Shown here: positions 11,254 through 20,941 of the stretch, piece by piece
Layout: every line of letters starts with the position of its first letter
How positions within the stretch are numbered: position 1 is the stretch's first letter
DNA from: Azolla caroliniana
Taxonomy: Eukaryota; Plantae; Polypodiophyta
Length of the DNA stretch: 20,941 nt
Direction of reading: 5' to 3'
Assembly: GCA_043228905.1 (NCBI GenBank)
Contig: JBHGNT010000552.1
Location: 1-20,941 of the forward strand
The notes under the pieces: generated by a model
Databases searched by the model: none
What the model saw: only the letters and a program-made list of their open reading frames with translations
What the model was told of the DNA's origin: nothing
Program-made: the position numbers and the translations under genes

Positions 11254-12607
11254 ATGGATCATCAAAATAGGACATTCATTTATTTTGCCATCTTGTTTGT
11301 AGTATCCACACTCGTTTCTAGCATGTCTCTTGTAGTTTGCCAATGCCCAGCGTATCCCTCTTTTGGTACATATGTACCGAATCGTAATGTAACTGAGGTG
11401 GACAAGGATCTTATAGAATTTGCACTTAACTTGGAATATCTAGAAGCTGAGTTTTTTCTTTGGGGCGCATTAGGATTTGGGCTTGATGAAGTTGCTCCTC
11501 AAATTGTGCAAGGTGCACCGAGGCCATCAGGTGGACAAATCGCAACTTTAGATGAGTTTACACGAAACATTTCTTTACAATTTGGTTTACAAGAAGTCGG
11601 ACATTTAAGGTTAGTTTGAAAGATGAGAAACACACAAGGAGCTAAATATATGCATATAAATGCTTATATCTATGAGTGATATGCATGCAAGACCTAGAAT
11701 CTCACTAAAGGAAACCAAAGTTAAACTTGCATTTTTTGCAGCATGTACTAAAAACATTGTCAAGGATCAATAATCTATCTAGTTTAGCATTCTCATTGGG
11801 ATTTTATTAATCATTGATACACGTATACTAAGACATTGTTGTTGATGTGTATTGCATATTGGATAGAGCAATCCTAGCGACGGTAGATGGCTTTCCACGA
11901 CCGTCATTAAACATAAGTGGAAGTGTTTTCGAGCAATTTATGAATGAAGCATTTGGGAGACGACTAGAACCTCCATTTAACCCATACCAAGATAACCTAA
12001 GGTTTATGATTGCAAGTTACGCATTGCCATACATTGGGTTGACAGGATATGTGGGCATGAATCCTATGTTGGAGAGCTACGAAGCAAAGAGGGTAAGTAC
12101 GAAACATTTCGAATGACATAAATGTATATTTGGTGAGGCTTGGTTTAATGTGAGAGCATGGAAAAGAGTTTGCATGAGAGACATGGGTGATGGTATTGTG
12201 TATGTGGCTTGTAGTTAGTCGCAGGGTTATTGGGCATGGAGGCGGAGCAAGATGCGGTGATCCGCATGTATCTCTATCGGATGAAGGACATTACGGTGGC
12301 GGGATACCCATACATTGTGTCGGATTTCACAACAAAGATCTCAGAGCTAAGGAATCGACTTGGCATGACAACGGGCCTAGTGGACGAAGGTGTGGAGGTG
12401 GCCACATGGACATGTTTGGGGGCGGAGGGTCGCCTCTCACAAAACCTACTCTCCGCCGATGCCTTCTCCCTTTCTTACGCTCGCACCGCACTCCCCATCC
12501 TCCGCATCTTATATGGCACCGCGGCTGAGGCCCTACCCGGTGCCTTCTTCCCGCAAGGGGCCCGTGGGGTAATTGCCGAAGCTGCCCTCCACACACTAGG
12601 CTCCTAG
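11254..12607 (+). CDS. Desiccation-related protein PCC13-62-like (ferritin-like domain, N-terminal signal peptide); 3 exons, 324 aa
   Basis: Exons 11254-11609, 11867-12092 and 12215-12607 join in frame through GT-AG introns (975 nt). Family motifs are DLIEFALNLEYLEAEFFLWGALG, QEVGHLRAI, GFPRP, PPFNPY, ASYALPYIGLTGYVG, LVAGLLGMEAEQDAVIR, ISELRNRLG and ILRILYGT...PGAFFPQGA. The N-terminus is hydrophobic (FIYFAILFVVSTLVSS). Confidence 0.93.
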
Positions 12608-12807
12608 CCTATTTCTTTTCTAGGCAATCTCTATTGTCCCCCATAATACTCCTACGAGTTCATAACACATCCCAGTGTTCTCGTGTGTCATTTATCATCA
12701 TCGTTGTGCTCATCTTGGTCGACATCATCAATCATCCACGAGTACTACATTGTAGCCCTCATCGATTTCACACGTTGTTTAGTACCATGCACAACGGATA
12801 TATCTAT

Positions 12808-12824
12808 TATATATATATATATAT
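12808..12824. repeat. (TA)n microsatellite
   Basis: Read directly. Confidence 0.9.
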
Positions 12825-13419
12825 CGTGCTCGACTTTTAGGTTGTCACACATCCCCCATCATCAAACCCTCTACTTCAATGTTGTCTTTCACTCATCTTG
12901 CCTCCATTTATCTATGTTTTCTCCCATCTTTGCACATAGACTAGGCAGCGCCACCACAACATTTCCTAGATTTTAATATACCACTATGAAGTGTGGATAT
13001 TGAAATTGTGGTTCTATAGTTCTAGCTCATACTTCTTATTGTTGAATTTTAGATTACCCCTAAATGACTCACAATTTGATGCCATATTGTACAATGAAAG
13101 GTATAACTTTCCTTTTAAAAATATATGTGTACCATAAGCCCTTTCTTTGCATGTTTGTCCCGTGTTTTTTCTTCGTGAATAAGTTATTGATAAAATTTAG
13201 AAATCATTGCATTCTAGAAGAGAACCGTAAAAGGTACTATTGTGAATTTTATGAAATCATTATGTTGATTTCAAATAAGAAAAGCCAGTGAAATGGGAAA
13301 TACAAGACGAACGACGAAGAGAAGATGACAATGGGGCAATATACGGTCATATAATCAACATGAAAACATCATACACTGAAAACCCAAATGCACAATAGTT
13401 CTATGTGTGGGTTTATCCA

Positions 13420-13729
13420 TCATATTTTAACTATGGTGTTACGACAAGTAGTTATCATAAGTTTTTTATATGCATCATTATTACGATTGTGTGAATAAAG
13501 ATCCAATTTGCATGTGCACATTAAACTTGTATATGACTCAACATTATATTTCTCCAAGGTACTCCCAAGTTGCATATGCACAAAGTGTGTATTTGCTTTA
13601 CATATCCATCCAATCTTACCAATGGTTATACAAGTTTGAATCAAGCTACATTGCAAACACTCAATATTTTATGAGAATGACACTAGTAATGCTAATGATT
13701 CCATCCTTTGAATGCACTACATGATACCA
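13420..13729 (-). mobile_element. Possible decayed Copia 5' end: tRNA-iMet PBS core plus gag N-terminus
   Basis: TGGTATCA on the minus strand (13722-13729) lies just upstream of an ATG at 13704. Frameshifted traces reading MES..NIECL..W-KI-MDM..FVHMQL-WEYL resemble Copia gag N-termini. The match is weak. Confidence 0.3.
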
Positions 13730-14459
13730 TATTTAATATACATGGACAACAATGGTGACTCAAAGCTAGCGATAATTACATATTACTCGTGTATCACATG
13801 GTTCCTATCTAGAAAGAGAATAAAACGATATAATAATATAAAGTGTCATTGGCCCAAGAGGGATCAACCCGTACAAGCATGAAGACCCATACAATATGGA
13901 GTGTCGAAGAATATCCCTGCGACATAGTAATGAAAGCATGGAAAACATACACTTCACTTTCTACATTCACACATTACCAAGGCCACTCATCATTTAAGGT
14001 TGGGGAATAAAGAAATAACGTCCACCATCATTAGTGACTATTGGTGTTCTATTTACATCCAATGTACCCATATATTGGAGAAGGGTTAGAATGATGATAA
14101 TAGGAGAGGGGAAATACATTATATGTGTGTGATGAATGAGAGAATGAGATTAGCAAAACATAATAACATGCAAGTAGTAAGCATTCTATGACTTGTAACC
14201 ACATCGAGACTTGGAAATTAAAGGATGGTTGCTTGATCATATGTTGCTTTATCTTGTGTGAGAGGGTTGCAACTCTTCATTTACGCATTCCATTGAATTC
14301 CTATTAGAGAGATAAAGAGATGAAGAGATATTTTTGGTGTCTATAGAGGGGCTAATATTTTTAACCCATCAAACATGACTACATAAGTTTTCTTGATGTG
14401 TGACTCTTTCCTATTGAGAAATTGAAGAACTCGTTAGATCACCCATTGGCCTTCAAAAA

Positions 14460-14743
14460 GCTGGCTTTCGAAAACACTATAGCACCATTGATCACCTTGT
14501 CACGCTTCGAGTATTAATGGAGGAAAGTCGCCTTAGAGGTAAAGGTTTATATTGTTGCTTTGTAGACTTCAAGAAAGCTTTTGATATGGTACCTCGTGAA
14601 CATCTTTGGAGGCAAAGGGAAGAACTCGAGGTCCCAAGTAAATATATGCTTGCAATTTCCCGAATATATGAGAAGGTTATATGTTGTGTGCATATGAGAT
14701 ATAGACTTTCAGATTTTTTCAATAGCACGGTTGAGTGTCAAAC
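14460..14743 (+). mobile_element. RTE-clade LINE reverse transcriptase fragment, truncated at both ends
   Basis: AGFRKHYSTIDHLVTLRVLMEESRLRGKGLYCCFVDFKKAFDMVPREHLW...FFNSTV(G)VK is typical non-LTR RT of the RTE type. It breaks off just before the expected QGCPLSP motif. Confidence 0.88.
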
Positions 14744-14978
14744 TCAACTTTCCTAGTGTGGGAACACACCTTAAGAATACCCAAGTGTGTGAACACCCCA
14801 CCTCCTTGTACTATAAACTTAGTGTCATAGAAGCTAAGTCCTGTGACACATATTCAGGAGGTAGTTAAGTCTCCACCTCTTTTCTAAGTGGTGGTTGTAG
14901 TGAGAGAACATAGAGAGAAGGTGACTACATAAGCACCTTCTCCTTCTTGTTATCCTTTAGGCTAGACAAGCCCTAACA
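14736..14978. repeat. LTR-like structured segment (candidate solo or partial LTR)
   Basis: The segment is bounded by TGTCA...TAACA and contains TATAAA (14812-14817) and several hairpins, such as GAGAAGGTG 14915-14923 / CACCTTCTC 14934-14942. There is no matching TSD and no second copy in the window. The left TGTCA may belong to the LINE. Confidence 0.3.
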
Positions 14979-15130
14979 CAGGGTGTCCCTATGGAACACT
15001 TCACCAAAGGGTGGTACGATGAGATATGGATGGACCGTGGTGTCGAATGGGTCTTAACCGGTACTGTTATTGATCGTAACACACACGTAAGATTAATTAT
15101 ATTAAGCACATAACGGTAACCAAATAGACA

Positions 15131-17966
15131 CTAAACAATATGTAATACAAAATGGTTCTTTGGGTAGTTGCTCCGTTTGTTGTGGTGGCTGTTGTTGTTG
15201 TTGCTCTCCGGCCTGCTCCTCCTTTCCGGCTCCAGTCCCTTCCGAGCTTCCGTCTCCGGCTCATCTGTTCTGGGCTCCTCCTGCTCCTGACATCCAGCTT
15301 GCACTGGCTCTTGCGGGTTGGCTACCTTCAGTTGCTCCTCTTGCGCTACATTTGGTTGGCTCCCTCCGGTTTTGGCTGCGTTTGGTGTCTGCTCCGGAGA
15401 TTGCTCTTCGTCACTAATTTTAATGGCCGCCATTCTTCTAGCCGCCATTTGTCGTGTCTGCTCTTGTTCGTATAACTCGAATTGGAGTTGGGTATCCAGT
15501 TGGTCATCATCCAACTGTTCCACTAGCCATCCCACCGCCACCAGTTGTTCTCTGGCCAAGGACAGGAAGTCATCCGATAACTCCTCCCTTATGGTCACAA
15601 CGCTTTCCGCATCCAGTTTGTAGAAGTTATCGCCGTCCTTCTGCCGGTTCTCCGCATCCACTCGGAGGACCTGCAACTCGGCTGCCTGCTTTGTCCATTT
15701 GGACCACCACTGTACTGAACTTTCTTCAACTAACCTCTTCGTGCGGTCCCTCCATGTCAGTACAATGTCTCAAATACGGCAAAGTCCCATCTTTGACTTA
15801 TCCTCCACGACCTGCTTTTCATCCTTTAATTGCTTTATGAGGATCGCGGTTGCCTCAACTTGTCCTTGATACTGCATCAATTGCGTCTGATAAGTCGTCC
15901 AAACTCTGTTCAGAGCCATCTTTGCTCGTTCCATCTCCTCATGATGTTGTCGGGTAAAAGCTCCATTCTGTCCTTCGCCTCTTCTGCCAACATCTTTGCT
16001 GCTTCGACTCCCTTGGTCCTTTCTTCCGTCCTGTTGACTTCATCCCGGAGTTCCCGCATCTTCTCTTGCTGCCAGTCACCTTCTGCCATCAATTTCTTGT
16101 GTTCCGCCTCTAGGTGCTTGTGATCCCGGTGCAACCTGTCAAAATCCTCTGTTTTCTATTTCAGCCTTTGATTGACTTGACGTTGGGCCCGATCCTCACG
16201 GTCCTTCTGTTGCCGGAGTTCTTCTTGGAGCCGCTTGATTTCGACTTCCACCGATCGCCGGAGTTTGTCCTTTTCTTGCAACAACTTTTCTTTTTCTTCC
16301 TTCAATCGGTCATATGCTTGATGACCCTTCCGTAGATTGTCCTCGACTTTTCGGAGGTTCTCTGCCGTTTTCCGTTGTTCCTCCTCTACCGCCTTCTTCA
16401 GGTCTCGTTCTCTAGCCCTTAAGGCCTCTTGAGCTACTAATTCCTCTCTGAGAGTGACAAGTTCTTGTTCTTGTGCCTTATTTGCATCCGGTCCTATTTC
16501 AGTTATCGACATCTTATTGGTTTGTACATTCACCGGAGCCACTGGTTCTAGTAGTATTGGTCCTTCTATGACCTGTTTAGCCGCCTCTACTTTGGCTTGC
16601 ACAATTTCTTCTTCCATGCTCTGGATCCTCGATCGGGCCTTCTCAAGTTCTTCAGTTGTGGTGAACAACCGGTCCCCCTGTGCTCTATCCTCCATTTCTA
16701 TTTGGCACATGACCCCGACCACCTGTTCACCGATCCACCGTAGCCATTGACTGTTGGTGCCTTGTTGTTGTGTCGGTTCTGGTTGTGGTGTGGCCTATGT
16801 TCTCGTCGGAAGACCTTTTTGGATTGGTGCCTCTAGCGACAACTCTTGGTCTTGTTGTGCCTGTTACCCCAATGAGGTGGCAATTCGATTACCGGTTCTT
16901 GGACCACCGACACTGTTGCTTCTTGCCGCATAGGTAACTCTTTCATTGGTTTTGGTTGAATCGGTTCCGCCTCCTTCCTTGGCTCCGGTCCCTCGGAACG
17001 GGGTGTCGGTGTGCTATCCTTCACCAAACCGGATTCATCCCCCTTCTACTCCGCATCGCTACGCTTCTGGCGATGTAGGAGGTTATTGGCGGGGTCTTCC
17101 TCCACCTCCTCCTCTTGGATTCTGATATTGATGTTCGTTACCAAGAGGTCCGGTTCTTGTTCATGTTGGCCCAACTTGATTTTAAGAGGCCTTACTGGTG
17201 GCTCCACCGGTGTCTCTGTCTCTGCTTGCTTGTTCCGGCTAGGCAGTTTTTTCCCTTGCTGCGAGGTACTGCCCTCTTTCCATCTGGGCATGTGCTTGGC
17301 TAGGAGTTGCTGCTGTTTTGAAGGTTTGTTGGGCGTGGTTTTCGTTACTCAAACCCACTTCTTAGTCTTTACTGGCTCCACCGGGGGCGCCAAGAGAGTC
17401 AACCATTGAGCCACGACCTTCCATAATTTCCTGTCGTTCTGCACTGATTCTATCGCCGTCTGCAAGCAATCGGCGATGATTACCGACCAATCCACTTGCA
17501 CCCCTGTGTATGTAGCAATGATGAAACCGGCTTTGTTCTTTGGCATCGCAGGGGGTCGGGGGTACACGAACCCATACTTGTGGAGGACACGAGCCACTTC
17601 TCTGAACAGGGGATCCTCGCTGCCCTGTGTCTGGTGAACCTTGCTGGCGAGGGAATACTCGCCAAAAAACTTGGTTAGCGTTTGAGGAGAAGGGTTCTCG
17701 ATGGAGTAGATGCCCCCTTCCGGCAATCCGATTAGAGCGTGAATGGCTTCCTCCATTATCACTTCCATGTCGATTTTATGCATGACTTCTTTTGCTTCGT
17801 CATGTGGCGGTGCCTCTGCTATCCTTAGGAAGCCTCCCAACCCATGTTGGTTGAACCACTTCTTGGTTGTTTCGGAAAGTGCCATAGGTTCCATCTTGTT
17901 GTCTGGTTCTGCGGGGGTGGGTAGGGCCGATGTGCTTGTATGTGCTTCTTGCGTTCGTCTGCTCAC
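15131..17966 (-). pseudogene. Retrotransposon extra ORF in the env-like position (~940 codons): plant-transposon-type globular domain, Pro/Glu linker and long coiled coil
   Basis: Six listed minus-strand ORFs join into one reading frame. The join crosses single-base stops at 17349-51, 17046-48, 16864-66, 16795-97, 16156-58 and 15770-72, and frameshifts near 16875 and 15955. Confidence 0.75.
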
Positions 17967-18222
17967 TTGTATTGTCCTTTGTGCGCTCAGTGCTCAGTGA
18001 TCGAGAAATGAGAGAGACTCCACAAGGCGGAGGTTTCATGTTCCCATGGTTGGCGCCTTTCTCGATTCCCGTGCATGCACATCGTGTACTATAATAGCAA
18101 CTGTGTGACATGTGGTGCACTTTAACTAGGATTTAAATAGCCACTGCACGCCTTTTCGAGGTGTCCGTTCGCTCCTCGCCTCTGCATGATGATCTTCTTC
18201 TTCTTTTTTTCTTTTTTTCTTT

Positions 18223-20941
18223 CTAGTTCCGGTTACCCGGTAACCCCGGCTCCCTTGTCTGTTTTTCTTCATGGTTGCCGGCCAATTGCTTGCCGTTGTC
18301 TATTTCCGTGTTGTTCTCCGGTTGATGAAACAGGTTCTGTGGCATGGGTCCATAATATGGTTTAAGTCGGAACCCATTTACACACTTGTCCAGCACCTCG
18401 CCGGCTAGCGTTCCCAGCTGATATGAGCCGTTGAACTCTCGCGTTATCCAATATGGTTTGGTCCACCGGAACCGTAGCTTCCCCGGTATCTTGCCCATCC
18501 GGGTCTAGAACACTAGTACCGCCTTGCCGATTCCAAACATCTTCTCGTTACCCTTCCGGTGGCGGTCGACGAATGCTTTCCTTCGTCGTTGCTCGAGTTC
18601 CATCTGCATTAGGCTCGCTATTCGGTGCTCCTCCAACTCGGATAGTGATGCTAACCGGATTTTTTCCGATTCCTTCTCACTCAGCCGCTCCTGGACCTGT
18701 ATTTGTAAGCTTGGAATATGGAATTCTATTGGCATCACCGCTTCGAGACCAAACGCTAACTGGAATGGTGTTGTCCGGATACTTGTTTTGTATGCCGTCT
18801 GGTAAGCCCATAACGTGTTGTGTAGCTTTGTATTCCAATCGGTTTGGTTCTCATTGACAATCTTCCGGAGAATGTTTTGAAGAGTTTTATTGGTGGATTC
18901 GGCCAATCCATTGGCCTGCGGGTAATAAGGGGTGCTTCGCTTGTGTACGACCGCATAAAATGTTGTTAGGCTTTCCACCACTTGGCCGAGGAACTGTCCA
19001 CCTTGGTCGTTGATTAATTCGATTGGACATCCATAACGGCACCAAATGTACTCGTACAGGAACTTTGCCGTCGACGCCGCGGTATTGTCACGTAGTGCCT
19101 TGGCTTCCACCCATTTTGTACAGTAATTTGTGGCGACAATTATGTACCCGTTGCTGGTTCGCATTGCCGGTGGCTTGAATGGTCCAACGAAGTCCAACCC
19201 CCATTTCTGGAATGGCTCTAGAGGTAGTACCGGCTGGTGCGGCATGCACACTTGTTCCGTTGACTGGTCCATTCTTTGACATAGATCACATTCCTTCGTA
19301 TATCGGACTGAGTCCTTTAGTGTTGTTAGCCACCATAAGCCACTACGCCATATTTTCCTTGTCGTAGCTTCTCCGCCATAATGTCCTTCAACGACCCCAC
19401 AATGCGCTTCCCGTAAAATGGTGTCTTTTTCATCACTTCAGACCGCTCGCCTTCATATGTCGTCCGCTCCTTTATGATATAGTGTATCCTGCACTAGACA
19501 AAAGTGTCGGCTTTGCACTGCCAACTGTTTACGTTCATCCCGGTTCATCCCGTCAGGGGGTAGTCCGGTGCTTAAGAATTGGTGCATATTCGTTAGCCAT
19601 TTGTCCTCGTCCGTGATTGTCCCATCTACAGTGTTTTCTGTTGTAATTTTAAACAATGTGGCATCCGGAAATTCATCTTGAACACCGTCACCGGTCTCTC
19701 CGGATTCTAACCGGCTCAAGTAATTGGCAACCGCATGTTGTATACCCGGCCGATGATAGATCTCAAATTCAAATTCTTGTAATAATAATGTGCACCGGGC
19801 CAGCTTGCCGGTGAGTGATGCCTTTGAGACCAAGTATAAAAGTGTTAAATGGTCTACATGGAATGAAAACTTGCGACCCAACAAATAATGACGGTATTTG
19901 GTGACACTGTATATCATTCCTAGGGCTTCTCTTTCCTGTGGAATAATTTCGCTCTACCTTTGACAACTTCTAGCTAGCGTAGTACACCAGCTGGTACCAC
20001 TTAGGTTCGGTAAGTTGCATGAGTACGCTGCCGATTGCGATATCTGACGCATCCACGAAGACATGGAACTCTTTTCACTAGTCCGGGGGTTGTACCACTG
20101 GTGCTTGTGACAACATTACCTTGAGTGCGCGGTAAACCTTGTCCTCTTCATCCATCCATTTAAACGGTGTCCGGTGTGCAGTTGCGTGTAGTGGCGTGGC
20201 AAGGTCTGCCAAGTACCGGAGCATCCGGCTATGCCACCGGATCTGTCCTAAGAACCGGCTTAAAGCCTTGGCGGTCTTCGGTGCCGGTGCCTGCAAAATA
20301 GCCTTGACCTTATTTGGGTCCACGACAATCCCTTCCTTGCTAACAATATGACCCAGCAATGTGTTGCTGGTCACACAGAAGACGCATTTTGTCGGGTTTA
20401 ATCTTAACCGGTATCCTCTGCACTTTTCCAAGCATAACCTGAGATGGTCGAGATGTTCCCCTTTTCGGCTATATACCGCGAAGTCATCCAGGAATACCTG
20501 CATAAATGCCGGTATGAATTCTCCAAATACTTCCATAATAATCCACTGAAAGGTTGCCAACGCCGTCTTGAGTCCGAACATCATTACAACTACTACAAAG
20601 ATTCCCCATTCTGTCACGAACGCCATCTTTTCTTGATCGTCCGGGTGCATCCTTATTTGGTTATATCCACTGAAACCATCGAGGAAGCTATAAACCTCGT
20701 GTTGCCCGGCTACCGCATCTAAAACTCCATCCGTAAACGGAAGCGGAAATGCGTCGGTAACCGTTGCCGCGTTCAATTTCCGGTAATCCACGTACACACG
20801 AATCTTGCCATTATTCTCGGCACTACGACAATTGGACTTAGCCAAGTGGCCTTCTTCACCGGCTGGATAAAGCCGATCGGGAGTAGCTTGTCAATTTCTT
20901 CCTTTACTCTTGCCGCGTAGTTTGGGTTCATTCGATAGCGT
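18223..20941 (-). pseudogene. pol: Gypsy pol (RT, RNase H, integrase), disrupted
   Basis: RT motifs are WLSPIVVVP, RVYVDYRKLN, FLDGFSGYNQI, MMFGLK and VFLDDF. RNase H motifs are VDASD, ERNYS/EREALG and FHVDH. Integrase has HHCC (EAHCGVVEGH...CDLC), core WGLDFVGP, INDQG and PQANGLAESTNK, and the GPY/F-like KLRFRWTKPY. In-frame stops occur at e.g. 20078, 19453 and 18505, and frameshifts near 20815 and 19935. Confidence 0.96.

Larger units (their letters stand above)
14980..20941 (-). mobile_element. Ty3/Gypsy LTR retrotransposon, non-chromovirus (Athila-like), 3' portion with extra ORF; continues beyond the window end
   Basis: Domain order on the minus strand is RT-RNaseH-integrase, then a ~260 bp spacer and a second long ORF. 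The region is clearly more GC-rich than the preceding 15 kb. The left boundary is uncertain and could extend to ~14740. Confidence 0.93.

Noticed and set aside
12187-12596. Alternative-frame and antisense ORFs over PCC13-62 exon 3
   Set aside because: They are a by-product of high GC; the conserved family motifs lie in the 12215-12607 frame.
3246-12607. Kinase and desiccation protein as a functional stress-response cluster
   Set aside because: The only evidence is adjacency. This is an ACT-type group C kinase rather than the group B Raf type known for ABA signalling, and a TE relic separates the genes.
15152-18857. Plus-strand ORFs overlapping the Gypsy element, including hydrophobic ones that mimic TM/env proteins
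   Set aside because: They are antisense shadows of the Glu/Gln/Lys-rich minus-strand frames and have no independent motifs.

Overview
Eukaryotic plant genomic DNA; the repeat and retroelement style suggests a non-seed plant such as a fern, which is inference only. There are two intact, spliced + strand genes. The first is a 16-exon ACT-domain Raf-like protein kinase of the STY8/STY17/STY46 family (3246-8367, 575 aa by manual splicing). The second is a 3-exon, probably secreted desiccation-related PCC13-62 / ferritin-like protein (11254-12607, 324 aa). Around them lie heavily decayed L1-LINE and Ty1/Copia relics, a fold-back (TATG)n microsatellite, interstitial telomere repeats and an RTE-LINE fragment. 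The last ~6 kb is the 3' part of a minus-strand, non-chromovirus Ty3/Gypsy element (RT-RNaseH-integrase). After integrase it carries a ~2.8 kb sense-strand extra ORF, now broken by stops and frameshifts, encoding a plant-transposon-type globular domain, a Pro/Glu linker and a long coiled coil. The element is also markedly rich in CCGG. The extra ORF plus the CCGG bias is the most interesting signal; any function for it is hypothetical.
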